DNA from: Terracidiphilus sp.
GTDB taxonomy: Bacteria > Acidobacteriota > Terriglobia > Terriglobales > Acidobacteriaceae
Reading direction: 5' to 3'
Assembly: GCA_049512795.1 (NCBI GenBank)
Contig: JBEKWT010000001.1
Coordinates: 892 to 64,891 of the forward strand
Length of the DNA stretch: 64,000 nt
The stretch's first letter is position 1. Each line of letters begins with the position of its first letter. Below the pieces are notes generated by a model. It was not told the origin of the DNA. It saw nothing but the letters and a program-made list of their open reading frames with translations, and did no database searches. A program made the position numbers and the translations under genes. Shown in pieces: positions 38,825-48,664 of the stretch.

Positions 38825-40834
38825 GTGATGTACCAAAGGGAAACTGAGTGTGTCATGACCACATCCGATTCTTCCTTCGATCCGGGGGTGCTCAGTTCAG
38901 AGCAAATCGGTTTGGTTCGCCGCCATCTCCAGGAAGTCATAGCGAGTCGTGCATTCGCGGGAAGTAAACGGACCCAGGATTTTCTCCACCTCGTAGTTGG
39001 GCACGCTCTGAAAGGCGACGTCGATGGCCTGCGAGAGCGGATGATCGGGGCTGAGATGTTCGGGCGCCCGATCGGCTACGACACGGGAAATGACTCCGTG
39101 GTGCGCGTCAAAGCCACAGAGCTTCGCAAGAAGCTGGCAGAATACTACCTTGAGACGGACAAAAAGTCGGCTGTGCGCATCGAACTTCCGCGTGGATCCT
39201 ACGTACCAACGTTCATCTTCGAGCCATCGGAGACCACGACTCAGCAGCAAAGCAAAGCTGACTCACAGCCCCAAGTGGGGCAGAAAGCTGCAGAAAGCAA
39301 AAAGCTGTTGACTGAGAGTGCCGCGGCGCGAGCAGCGGGTCCCCCTCGATCCGCGCGGGAATTGCGCCGATTGTCTCGCGTTCTGGCCGGCGTCGGACTC
39401 GCATTAGCCCTCACCGTGGCGATCGGCTTCTTCGCCTTCAAGAGGTGGTATGGCGAGTCAATTGCACAGGGCGAGATTCGCTCCGTGGCCATCCTTCCAC
39501 TCAAAAACCTCTCCGCGGATCCGGAGCAGGAATATTTCGCCGACGGAATGACGGAAGAGTTGATCAACGACCTGGGCCAGGTTTCCACACTGCGCGTCAT
39601 TTCCCTCACTTCGGCCATGAGCTACAAAGGCACGACGAAGAATCTGCCCGAAATTGCTCATGAATTGTCGGTGGACGGCGTGGTTGAGGGCGGAGTGCTG
39701 CGCGACGGCAACGAAGTGCGCATCAGCGTGCAACTCATCGATGCCAGGAAGGATCGTCCCATCTGGGCGCACACCTACGACCGGAATCTTACTAGCGTTG
39801 TTGCGTGGCAAGGGGAAGTGGCACAGGCGATCGCCGACCAGATCAGTATCAACGTGACACCGCAGGAGCAGGCGCGCCTTGCCCGCAGCCGGCCCGTCGA
39901 CCCGGAAGCCCAGGACTCATACCTGCGCGGCATTCTCCAGTTGGACGCCGACGATTGCAGGAGTGCCGTCGCCTATTTCCAGAAGGCGGTCGAAAAGAAC
40001 CCGAATTATGCGCAGGCCCATGCGGCATTGGCGAATTGTTACGGCCGGATGGGCGAATCGGGCCGCATGGCTTACAAGGAAGCATTTTCCGAGCAGCGGA
40101 TTGAAGCAACCAGGGCCATCGAGCTAGATGACTCGCTGCCTGAAGGGCATGCAGAACTCGCCAATACTGCGATGAGTTTGGACTGGGATTGGGCAACCGC
40201 AGCAGCCGAATTTCACCAAGCTCTTGAACTCAATCCCAATTCCGCATCAATCCACGAGAAGTATGCGTTTTACCTGGTGCGGACTGGGCGCCTGCCCGAG
40301 GCGCTTGCCGAAGTACAGCGAGGCGTGGACCTCGATCCTGTTTCATGGCATTCGTTCCACGCAGAGGGGTTCATCTATTACTTCTCCCACCAATACGACC
40401 AGGCACTTTCGCTGATCCTGAGAGTCCGCGCACTGGACATCAATCCGCCCGATTGGAGTTTTCTGTTGGGCGATGTCTACGCTGAAAAAGGCAGATACGC
40501 TGAGGCTATCGCTGAATTCCTGAAGTCAGGGAACGGACCGGATTCCCTGGGTCATTTGGGCAACGCTTATGCCCGCGCAGGTCAAGTCGTCGCGGCTCGG
40601 CGGACCATCGCGCAATTGCAGGAGCACGTGCAGAATAATGGCGTCGGGAGGTACGAGATAGCCCTTGTCTATGCCGGATTGGGCAAGAAACAGGAAGCAT
40701 TCAAATGGCTTGAAGAAGCTTATGATGCGCATGATGTGGGGCTTTTATATCTGAAGATAGATCCTTGTCTTGACCCATTGCGCTCCGACCCGCGCTTTGT
40801 CAATCTCATGCGGCGCGTTGGCCTCTCCAAATAG
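38825..40834 (+). CDS. Membrane-anchored TolB-like/TPR regulatory protein
   Basis: N-terminal IGAEMFGR..YDT..DSVVRV...IELPRGSYVP domain, TM helix, SVAILPLKNLS...EYFADGMTEELI, TPRs, DPLRSDPRF. Confidence 0.85.
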   Translation: MMYQRETECVMTTSDSSFDPGVLSSEQIGLVRRHLQEVIASRAFAGSKRTQDFLHLVVGHALKGDVDGLRERMIGAEMFGRPIGYDTGNDSVVRVKATELRKKLAEYYLETDKKSAVRIELPRGSYVPTFIFEPSETTTQQQSKADSQPQVGQKAAESKKLLTESAAARAAGPPRSARELRRLSRVLAGVGLALALTVAIGFFAFKRWYGESIAQGEIRSVAILPLKNLSADPEQEYFADGMTEELINDLGQVSTLRVISLTSAMSYKGTTKNLPEIAHELSVDGVVEGGVLRDGNEVRISVQLIDARKDRPIWAHTYDRNLTSVVAWQGEVAQAIADQISINVTPQEQARLARSRPVDPEAQDSYLRGILQLDADDCRSAVAYFQKAVEKNPNYAQAHAALANCYGRMGESGRMAYKEAFSEQRIEATRAIELDDSLPEGHAELANTAMSLDWDWATAAAEFHQALELNPNSASIHEKYAFYLVRTGRLPEALAEVQRGVDLDPVSWHSFHAEGFIYYFSHQYDQALSLILRVRALDINPPDWSFLLGDVYAEKGRYAEAIAEFLKSGNGPDSLGHLGNAYARAGQVVAARRTIAQLQEHVQNNGVGRYEIALVYAGLGKKQEAFKWLEEAYDAHDVGLLYLKIDPCLDPLRSDPRFVNLMRRVGLSK

Positions 40835-41069
40835 CATGCCGATCCGGAAAAGGCGGGGAAGAATGCACCCCGCTCTGATCAATGCCCGGCAGACCGTAGT
40901 CGAGGAAATCAACACAAAACGCGCAGTTGGTGGCGCCGGCCCTTGGAATACCTACTACAAAATCATCATCCATATTGAATCGGGAGCGACCCGATGACCA
41001 ATCGCCCCCGCGAAACTCAGATTAGAACACCACCGGTAATCACCTCTCCTGGGCCATTTCGGGTGTTCC

Positions 41070-41387
41070 TCAAGCAATCGAAGACTGGCTATGCGAGGCT
41101 GGTTTGGAGCCCCTTCCCCTTTTTCGAAGATGGAGCATGGTTCCCCTGGGAAATCCTGTGGTTTTGCGAACCACCAGCTGGGTCTCGATGGGATAGTCGC
41201 GCTTCGGCGCCGGCGTCTGCTCTACGTGCGCCCTCAGCGCCACAACCGCCTCCCGAGCCAAATCGAAGCACGACATCTGAATGGTGGTTAAAGGCGGAAT
41301 CGTCATCTGCGTTATATGAATGTTGTCAAACCCAATGATTGAGAGGTCGTCAGGTACTCGCAGCCCGGCTGTCATCCACACACTCAT
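41070..41387 (-). pseudogene. C-terminal fragment of a LacI-family regulator
   Basis: AGLRVPDDLSIIGFDNI...PPLTTI...QLVVRKTT with no HTH or N-terminal part upstream. Confidence 0.8.
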
Positions 41388-41784
41388 TGACAGAGGTCGG
41401 AGAGGTTTGTCCCCACTTGGCAGTAACGCTTCAGCAAACCGCTGAGCGCGCGGGAGGTCAAGGTCAATCTAGGCGCAAACTCAACCGATCATTTCGACGA
41501 GAGCCTCGCCGTCAACTGGCATCCTAAAGAAGCATAAAGCGCCACCCTCTATGTTCTTGCAACCGCGAACCTTTCCCTCTGCGCATCGTGGCGCGTCGTT
41601 CGCGAGGCATGGGTGCCTGGGGCTGGAAACCTGCTCCCGGTGGAGCTTGGATGCAGCGATTCAGCGCGACAACTATTCTGGGCTTTTCTGTAGGTATTTC
41701 GTCAGAGAGACGGGCAATGCATAAAGGGATGTAGTTCAAAAAAGATATCTGGTATCATGTTTAAGATCATAGAGTTGTAAACAA

Positions 41785-41808
41785 GTTCGAATCCCCCTCT
41801 CTCCGCCA
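41785..41808 (+). repeat. att site: duplicate of the tRNA-Ser 3' end
   Basis: 24/24 identity to 3346-3369. Confidence 0.95.
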
Positions 41809-41846
41809 GCTACTTATTCTATTGATTTTAAGAGCTTTAAGTTCTG

Positions 41847-41868
41847 TGTTACTAGAAATCTGTTACTA
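41847..41868. repeat. Paired direct repeat (putative integrase arm-type sites)
   Basis: TGTTACTA-gaaatc-TGTTACTA in AT-rich DNA between the att repeat and the integrase remnant. Confidence 0.5.
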
Positions 41869-41920
41869 ATTTCGCCTCAATCGCTGATTTCTCGGTTTCC
41901 CTACACCGGAGACGAGAAAG

Positions 41921-42363
41921 ATGGCGAACCGCACTGCCGCACTCTACATTCGCACAAAGACCGGCTACAAAAAGCATGGCAAGCGTCTCAGCGACCTACC
42001 TGAAGGCGAAGCCTACCAACTGTTCTGGTACGTGGGCTCCCGCAAGAAGGCTAAGGCTGTGGGTCGATTTGCGGATGGTGCTCAAGCTGCCTCATCGACA
42101 AAGAGGCTGAACTTCGTCGTGCGGCCATCATGGGCACAGCACCTGAAGCGGTCTCAGCCAAGAGCCGCAGTTTTGAATTCTCCGTCCAGCAGTACCTGAA
42201 TGAAGTCGAAGCCGGAAAGTCCCGCAAGACCCACGATCCGTACAGCGTTATGGCCCATTTGTACTACCTGAGAATGGCCCTCACAGCAAACAATCGGCCA
42301 CCCATCAAGGCTGCGAATCTTCCCCCAAACTATGCCTTGCGCGGCGCAGACCATCGCATGTAG
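41921..42363 (+). pseudogene. Tyrosine integrase N-terminal remnant (frameshifted, truncated)
   Basis: MANRTAALYIR...YQLFWYVGSRKKAKAVG...AQAA, then a frameshift near 42090 into LIDKEAEL...VQQYLNEVEAGKSRKTHDPY. No catalytic domain. Lies directly beside att. Confidence 0.6.
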
Positions 42364-42746
42364 AATTCGGCTGTTTCGCAAGTGAGATGCCCGTTGGAAC
42401 CGCAGTTCTGTGCAGGTCATTGGGGCATCGAGAATCAACTGAGCTCGGTCGCCGTTACGACGATGCATTCGCACATTCTATGTGGGGCTAACGAAAGGAA
42501 TCGGCGAACGGGGAAAAGCATCTTTGTCCAATTCCGGACACAGAAGAACAATATCAATCGCGGTTAGTCGATGCCGCGGCAAAGCCATGCCTACCCGTAC
42601 GAATCTCAGAAAATCAGATGGTGCCTCGAAAAAGTCGAATGCGGGTCGGGAAATTGTTCTAGATGCGACGGCCAGTTTTCAACGATGAGACGGGAATCAA
42701 CAGTCATTCAGACAGTCAATAACCCACAACAATTCTGGAGGATACA

Positions 42747-45700
42747 GTGAAGTCCAAACGCATCAAACTGCCAATGGTGTTACGTCGCTGCGCAGCCGTC
42801 TTCTGCTGTGCAGCATTATTGCTGTTCTCATTACGCACCCATTCACAGGAAGCCGGGAAGGGCAGCATTCAGGGTATTGTCTCGGATTCGACTGGCGCGG
42901 TCGTGGCCAACGCATCCGTCACCCTCGCCGAAAGCGCCACCGGCCTGACGCTCAACACCAAATCCGACGGAAGCGGCATCTATAGCTTCCCCAACATTAA
43001 CATCGGGACCTATACCCTCACCGTTACCGCCCCCAACTTCGAGACCTTCGTCAAGACCAACAACGTTCTCGAGGTCGGAAGCAACATCTCTCTTAATGTC
43101 ACCATGACGGTCGGCCGGCAGGCTCAGACGATTATGGTGACGACCGAGAATCTTGCGCTTCAGACCGAAGACGCCTCGTTCAAGCAGACAATCGACTCGA
43201 ATGAAGTCACCGAGATGCCGCTGAACGGGCGTCTGTTGACAAATCTGATACAGTTCGCCGGCGCCGAATTTGCCAATAACCCGGGTGACTCGACGGGGAG
43301 CAAATTCACCTGGCAATCCACGGGCCTCTCTATTGCCGGAGCCCCGGGAAATTCAGTCAGTTGGACGCTGGATGGCGGCGTCCATGTGGACTTCATGGGA
43401 GGCACCAACCTGCCTTTGCCGTTCCCCGACGCTGTCAGCCAGTTCAGCGTGGAAACGTCGGTTCTCGGCTCGCAGAATGGCATGCACTCCGGGGCTGCGG
43501 TAGATATCGTTACGCGCTCAGGCGCGAACGCCTTCCATGGCTCGGGATTCGAATTCCTGCGCAACAACTTCATCGACGCCACGAACTTCTTCGCCGCAGG
43601 GAAAGATACGTTACATCAAAATCAATACGGAGGGACGTTCGGAGGCCCCGTTCGCATACCAAGACTCTTTAACGGCACGGACAAACTCTTCTTCTTTTTC
43701 GCATACCAGTGGGAAAAATCCGACTCGGCTTCCGCCAATTCCACCGCGTATGTTCCGACCGCGGCCAACCTGCAGGGTGATTTTTCCAATACCGATCCGC
43801 CTCCGGGCGCTGCGGCAAACAACTGCGGAAAGCCTCAGCAGCTCTTCGACCCCATCACCGGTCTGCTTCTGCCTGGAAACAAATACGCCTCGCCTCCGAC
43901 TTGGAACGCTTCAGCGCTAAAGCTTGAGCCCTACTTACCCGCCATCAACCCGGCACGCGACCCCTACAACTGCGGGCTGGTTTACTACGCCCTCCCAAGT
44001 GAGTTTTTCGATAAAGAGCTAGACACTCGCGTCGATTACACCATCAACTCCACCAATAGCTTGTACGTCGCGTACTACCTCGACGGCTACCAGGCTCCCG
44101 CCTTCTATTCCCCGACAGACATTCTGCTTACCGCGAACTCGGGAAACATTGAGCAGACGCAATCGCTGACCATCGGCTGGAATCACGTTTTCACGTCAAA
44201 TCTTGTAGATTCGGTCCATCTCACGGGAATTCGGCGAAGGAACCTTAGAGGGTATAACTCAGCAGACATCAATGCCGCTACTCTTGGGATTACTATCTTC
44301 CAGTATCAGCCAATCGGTCTGCAACTCTCCGACAGTACATCGGGCAAGAACCACGGCTTCAGTATCGGCGGTGGATCGAACTCCAAGGCCGTCATCAATG
44401 ACAACACTCCCTTCGCGATCGCCGACGACCTCACCTGGGTCAAAGGCAAGCATCAGTTTATATTCGGTGGAGGGTATATTCGAAACGAGCTCAATCTCAA
44501 CAATACCTACAACGGTAACGGGACATTCAGCTTCAGCGGCATCTACAGCGGAAACGGTCCAACCGGCTCCGGGGCGGGCGTAGGAAGCTCCACCAACGCG
44601 TCTCCTGGCGACGCCAATCTGGACTTTCTCGATGGATCGATGAACCCCACCGGCTTCAATCAAAGCCGGCCTCAGCAAAACGCGCTTCGCGGGCCAATCA
44701 CCACGCTCTACGCGCAGGATACGTTTCATGCGACAAAGCGACTGACGGTGGTCGCCGGCATTCGCTGGCAGCCATACTTCGTCCCCCCGGACGTTTTTCA
44801 TCGCGGAATGCAGTTCAATGATGCCGCGTTTCTGGCAAACCAGGTCAGTACCGTTTACCCCACGGCTCCCGCAGGATCGTTTTATTACGGGGATAAAGGG
44901 GTACCTGCCGGTTTGACCAAGGGCACCCCGCTCCACTTCAATCCGAACTTCGGCGTGACCTACGATGTGTTCGGGAATGGCAAGACGGTGGTCCGCGCAG
45001 GCTCCGAGCTCGCCTATGACGATCCAAACTTCTTCATCACCCAACGTGTGCAGCAGAGCCCGCCATTTGCCACGAATACGACCCCGAACACATCCAACCA
45101 GTTGTGCTTCAGTGAGCCCTGGCTGATCGGCGGCACGGGGTATGGTTGCGCTCAGGTGGGCGGCGTAAACAGCAGCCCATTCCCGATGCCTCCTGTCCCG
45201 ACGGCCGCCGCTGCAATCTTCCCTGCGCAGAGCCAATACATTGTGGCGCAGCCGCAGTGGGAACCGCCCAACACTCTCCAGTGGACCGCCAGCATTCAGC
45301 AGCAGCTTGCACGCGGCTGGATGGTCGAAGCCCAGTACGTCGGAAGCAGAACCCAACATATGCCGCAGGGCATCCCGCTAAGTCCCGCGGTGTTCATCCC
45401 CGGAGTATGGGGCGCCGGTGGCACTGGCTGCGCCGGAATCGTTACCACGGGTCCTGCTGCCGTAAAGCCAGGGACTGCTGGAACAAATTGTTCCACGACA
45501 GGAAACGAAAACTCGCGTTTCGCTCTCACGATTGCGAATCCGACGCAAGGCAACCAGTACTTGGGCGGCGGCGGCGGCTCGCTAATTGAATCGGACTCGG
45601 CCTACTCCAACTACAACGGTTTGATACTCACTGTTCAGCATCGCCTTTCGTCCACCTTTAGTCTGGATGCGAACTACACATGGTCCAAGTGCATGAATGA

Positions 45701-46361
45701 CGTCGACCCCCAGGGCGATATCAGCGCCACGCAGGTGGAAAACCCTTCCAACCCCCGAATGGACTATGGTTTGTGCGGATCCGAAAACAAAAACATCTTC
45801 AATGCGTCCCTTATCGCCAAGAGTGCCTTTCCGCTCCACGGCGTGCTCGGGTATGTCGTTAATAATTGGGAGTTGGCCCCGCTGGTCCATATCACCAGTG
45901 GGCAGCCGTTTACAGTGAGTGCCGGAACGGATGGATCTTTGACCGATGTCGGCAACGATCGCCCGAATCGGATACCCGGCGTCAACCCGTACAACTATGT
46001 AAAGATCTACGCGGGAGCCGCGACTCTGGCGACTCGGTCGTATCTGAATCAGGCTGCTTTTTGCACTTACGGGCAAGCGTCTTGTGCCGCAAACGCTCCA
46101 GCCCTGGGAACCTACGGAAACATAGGTAGAAACTCTTTCTACGGTCCCATGCTCTGGAACTCCGATGCCCAGCTGTCACGCCTCTTTCCGATTAAGGAGA
46201 AGCTTACCGTGGATTTGCGCATTGAAGCTTTCAACGTGTTAAACCATCCAAGTTTCAGCAATCCGAACTCCAGCAATCCTAGTTCGGGATCCTTTGGCGA
46301 AATAACAGGAACCAGCAACAGCGCTCGAGTCTTCCAGTTAGGCGGTAAGGTGAGCTTCTAG
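42747..46361 (+). CDS. TonB-dependent receptor (Oar-like)
   Basis: Signal peptide, GSIQGIVSDSTGAVV, MPLNGR, TRSGANAFHGS, QNQYGGTFGGP, C-terminal QLGGKVSF. Confidence 0.93.
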   Translation: MKSKRIKLPMVLRRCAAVFCCAALLLFSLRTHSQEAGKGSIQGIVSDSTGAVVANASVTLAESATGLTLNTKSDGSGIYSFPNINIGTYTLTVTAPNFETFVKTNNVLEVGSNISLNVTMTVGRQAQTIMVTTENLALQTEDASFKQTIDSNEVTEMPLNGRLLTNLIQFAGAEFANNPGDSTGSKFTWQSTGLSIAGAPGNSVSWTLDGGVHVDFMGGTNLPLPFPDAVSQFSVETSVLGSQNGMHSGAAVDIVTRSGANAFHGSGFEFLRNNFIDATNFFAAGKDTLHQNQYGGTFGGPVRIPRLFNGTDKLFFFFAYQWEKSDSASANSTAYVPTAANLQGDFSNTDPPPGAAANNCGKPQQLFDPITGLLLPGNKYASPPTWNASALKLEPYLPAINPARDPYNCGLVYYALPSEFFDKELDTRVDYTINSTNSLYVAYYLDGYQAPAFYSPTDILLTANSGNIEQTQSLTIGWNHVFTSNLVDSVHLTGIRRRNLRGYNSADINAATLGITIFQYQPIGLQLSDSTSGKNHGFSIGGGSNSKAVINDNTPFAIADDLTWVKGKHQFIFGGGYIRNELNLNNTYNGNGTFSFSGIYSGNGPTGSGAGVGSSTNASPGDANLDFLDGSMNPTGFNQSRPQQNALRGPITTLYAQDTFHATKRLTVVAGIRWQPYFVPPDVFHRGMQFNDAAFLANQVSTVYPTAPAGSFYYGDKGVPAGLTKGTPLHFNPNFGVTYDVFGNGKTVVRAGSELAYDDPNFFITQRVQQSPPFATNTTPNTSNQLCFSEPWLIGGTGYGCAQVGGVNSSPFPMPPVPTAAAAIFPAQSQYIVAQPQWEPPNTLQWTASIQQQLARGWMVEAQYVGSRTQHMPQGIPLSPAVFIPGVWGAGGTGCAGIVTTGPAAVKPGTAGTNCSTTGNENSRFALTIANPTQGNQYLGGGGGSLIESDSAYSNYNGLILTVQHRLSSTFSLDANYTWSKCMNDVDPQGDISATQVENPSNPRMDYGLCGSENKNIFNASLIAKSAFPLHGVLGYVVNNWELAPLVHITSGQPFTVSAGTDGSLTDVGNDRPNRIPGVNPYNYVKIYAGAATLATRSYLNQAAFCTYGQASCAANAPALGTYGNIGRNSFYGPMLWNSDAQLSRLFPIKEKLTVDLRIEAFNVLNHPSFSNPNSSNPSSGSFGEITGTSNSARVFQLGGKVSF

Positions 46362-46400
46362 ACCCATAAGCAGGCATGGGCAAGAATGCCATTGAAGCAG

Positions 46401-46438
46401 GTGCCCCGTTTCACTCAGGCGAGCGGGGCACTTTCTTC
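46401..46438 (+). terminator. Rho-independent terminator
   Basis: GTGCCCCG...CGGGGCAC stem followed by TTTCTTC. Confidence 0.7.
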
Positions 46439-46674
46439 AAATCTGACCAGAAGCTCTCCTATTTCAGGTGGCCAAATCGTCGAAGGCAAGCTTAAGGGCA
46501 AAAATGTCGCCCTTCATCGTTAGAAGTTCATAACTGATTTCTTGATTTGCCTTCATTTCCTAACTCGAAGCTCGGTGGGGCTAGCTTTGGTCACCATCTC
46601 ACTGTGACGCTATCTTTCCCTCCATCGGGCTCCCTTGTATTTAGCAAAGCAAGTAAGATAACCGGAGGAACATT

Positions 46675-48582
46675 GTGTCCCGAACGAAGACTTTATCGAT
46701 TCTTGTGCTCTCCATATGTCCCTTGCAACTAACGCTCAGCCAGGTCATGGCACAGGCGCCGGCGGCAAATCAGACATTGACCCAGGCCGCACAGCATTTT
46801 CAATTTGCTTCCGATGGCCCTCTTTCCCAGGTATGGGGACGGGGGCCCGAATTGCCCCGCGTATTCTTCCCTGAGCGTTTACCAGCATTCTTTTCAAGAA
46901 CCATCGTGCTCGATAGCGATTTTCCACGGGAAGCGAAGTTGAGCTGGATCTTCACTGGAAGAGAGGGAGGATTCACGATTGAGGTTAGCCACACTACGAT
47001 GCGGGTCTATCAAAGGTACAACGACTCCTATGGCTTGCTTGATAGTCACACCACCAACCCCGAGAGAATAGTTCAGGAAATGGTGGTTCAGGAGCCAAGC
47101 GCGATTCATTCGATCACGGTGGCGCTCGACGCACATTTATCGCTCAGTGTCCTTATAAATGGCGTTTTGGTGGTACAGCAGAACTGCATGCTCGACGTGA
47201 GCCGTCATCAGCTCCTATTTCAAGGGCCGAGGAACCGGCATATCGAGCTTGCCGGCGCCCTGCTTCCCCTGCAAGCTTCGGAAACAAACATATTGGTAGA
47301 TGCAACCGTTCGGCATCAGACGATCTACGGATTCGGCGGAAGTCCAAGCATCCCTGCATATGATTCCCTGAGCGAAAAAGGCAAGAAAGAATATTGGCGC
47401 ATCCTCTCTCAATATAACCTTCTCATCGATCGCGAATACCCGATGGGTACCAAGCTAAAGCCGGATATGTCCAACCTGGATAACCTTGCCGATGCCAAGC
47501 CGCATTACTACGGGGATGACTTCCCCAACGGGGAGGTTTCCGACTTTGCGTACAACGCTCAGACCCTGAAGCTGGGCGGCAAGGTTATCTATGAAATGTG
47601 GGCATTGCCCTCCTGGGCCACCGAGGACTACACCGACCCGGACAGCAAGGAGCATAGGGAGGTCGCCAATCCCAGCGTGTGGGCGCGGGCGATGGTTACC
47701 TATGCGCGCATTGAGAAAGAAAGAACTGGCCGCGCACCGGACGTGATAGGGATTCAAAACGAGGTTCAGGAACCGAAGGAAATCAGTATTGAGATGGTGA
47801 AGACGTTGCGCCGTGAGCTTGACGCCGCTGGTTTTGAGGACGTGAAGATTCAAATGCCCGATGCCTCCAATGTGGCGACCGGAACGGAGGTCGGAAACAC
47901 TTTAAGGTCCGACCCTGAAGTGTGGAGCAAGATTGATATAGCAGCGTCGCATGAATACGATTACCAGGATCACTTTGCCGACCCGGATTCCTTCGACGAT
48001 CAGTTCAAAGCATTGCGTCAGGCCAACGGCGACAAGCCGTTTCTGGCCACCGAAATCGCACTTAACAATATTCGGCTGCAGAATGCCTCTTATCGCGTGG
48101 CCTTCAACGTGGGACAGCTTTACCACAAGAATATGACGTTGCTTGACTCAATCGGACTGGCTTACTGCTGGCTAATTCTTGATGTGGAGCAGCCCAACTT
48201 TGGCGCGACGCGCTCACTGCTTGTACCTGATCGCTATCATGACGACATTCCGGTCGCCAGTAGTTACCAACTCCGAGTGCTGGGAGCCTACAGCCGGCAT
48301 CTTCCTGAAGGCATGGTCCGCGTGGATGCCAGCAGTTCCAACCCTGACTTACTGGTGAGCGCATATGAAGGCAAAGAAAATGCACGCACGTTGATCGCAA
48401 CTAATCGCGGGACCGCTCCGCAGACGCTGAATGTCAACTGGCCGGGGACAAGATGGAACGAGATGGAGCGCGTAAGCCAGTATTCCGAAAACAACCGGGA
48501 GCCAATACCCGCGAAGATTGTGATTCAACCTGGGGAGATCGTCACCCTCAGCACGCTGGTTTTGCCGTCTACGGACAAGTGA
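46675..48582 (+). CDS. Clan GH-A glycoside hydrolase, GH30-like, with extra N-terminal domain
   Basis: Signal peptide; QTIYGFGGS, IGIQNE (acid/base), FLATE (nucleophile), C-terminal beta-sandwich. Confidence 0.7.
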   Translation: MSRTKTLSILVLSICPLQLTLSQVMAQAPAANQTLTQAAQHFQFASDGPLSQVWGRGPELPRVFFPERLPAFFSRTIVLDSDFPREAKLSWIFTGREGGFTIEVSHTTMRVYQRYNDSYGLLDSHTTNPERIVQEMVVQEPSAIHSITVALDAHLSLSVLINGVLVVQQNCMLDVSRHQLLFQGPRNRHIELAGALLPLQASETNILVDATVRHQTIYGFGGSPSIPAYDSLSEKGKKEYWRILSQYNLLIDREYPMGTKLKPDMSNLDNLADAKPHYYGDDFPNGEVSDFAYNAQTLKLGGKVIYEMWALPSWATEDYTDPDSKEHREVANPSVWARAMVTYARIEKERTGRAPDVIGIQNEVQEPKEISIEMVKTLRRELDAAGFEDVKIQMPDASNVATGTEVGNTLRSDPEVWSKIDIAASHEYDYQDHFADPDSFDDQFKALRQANGDKPFLATEIALNNIRLQNASYRVAFNVGQLYHKNMTLLDSIGLAYCWLILDVEQPNFGATRSLLVPDRYHDDIPVASSYQLRVLGAYSRHLPEGMVRVDASSSNPDLLVSAYEGKENARTLIATNRGTAPQTLNVNWPGTRWNEMERVSQYSENNREPIPAKIVIQPGEIVTLSTLVLPSTDK

Positions 48583-48664
48583 AGAGCGGGGGACCAGGAA
48601 ATGAGTGAACCTCCCAAGGATCGCTCGGAGAAGGGGAGACAATCCTAAGGAAGGAGTGCTCTCA

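Noticed and set aside
41785-41808. Second tRNA gene
   Set aside because: Only the 3' 24 nt are present; there is no D-arm or anticodon arm upstream.
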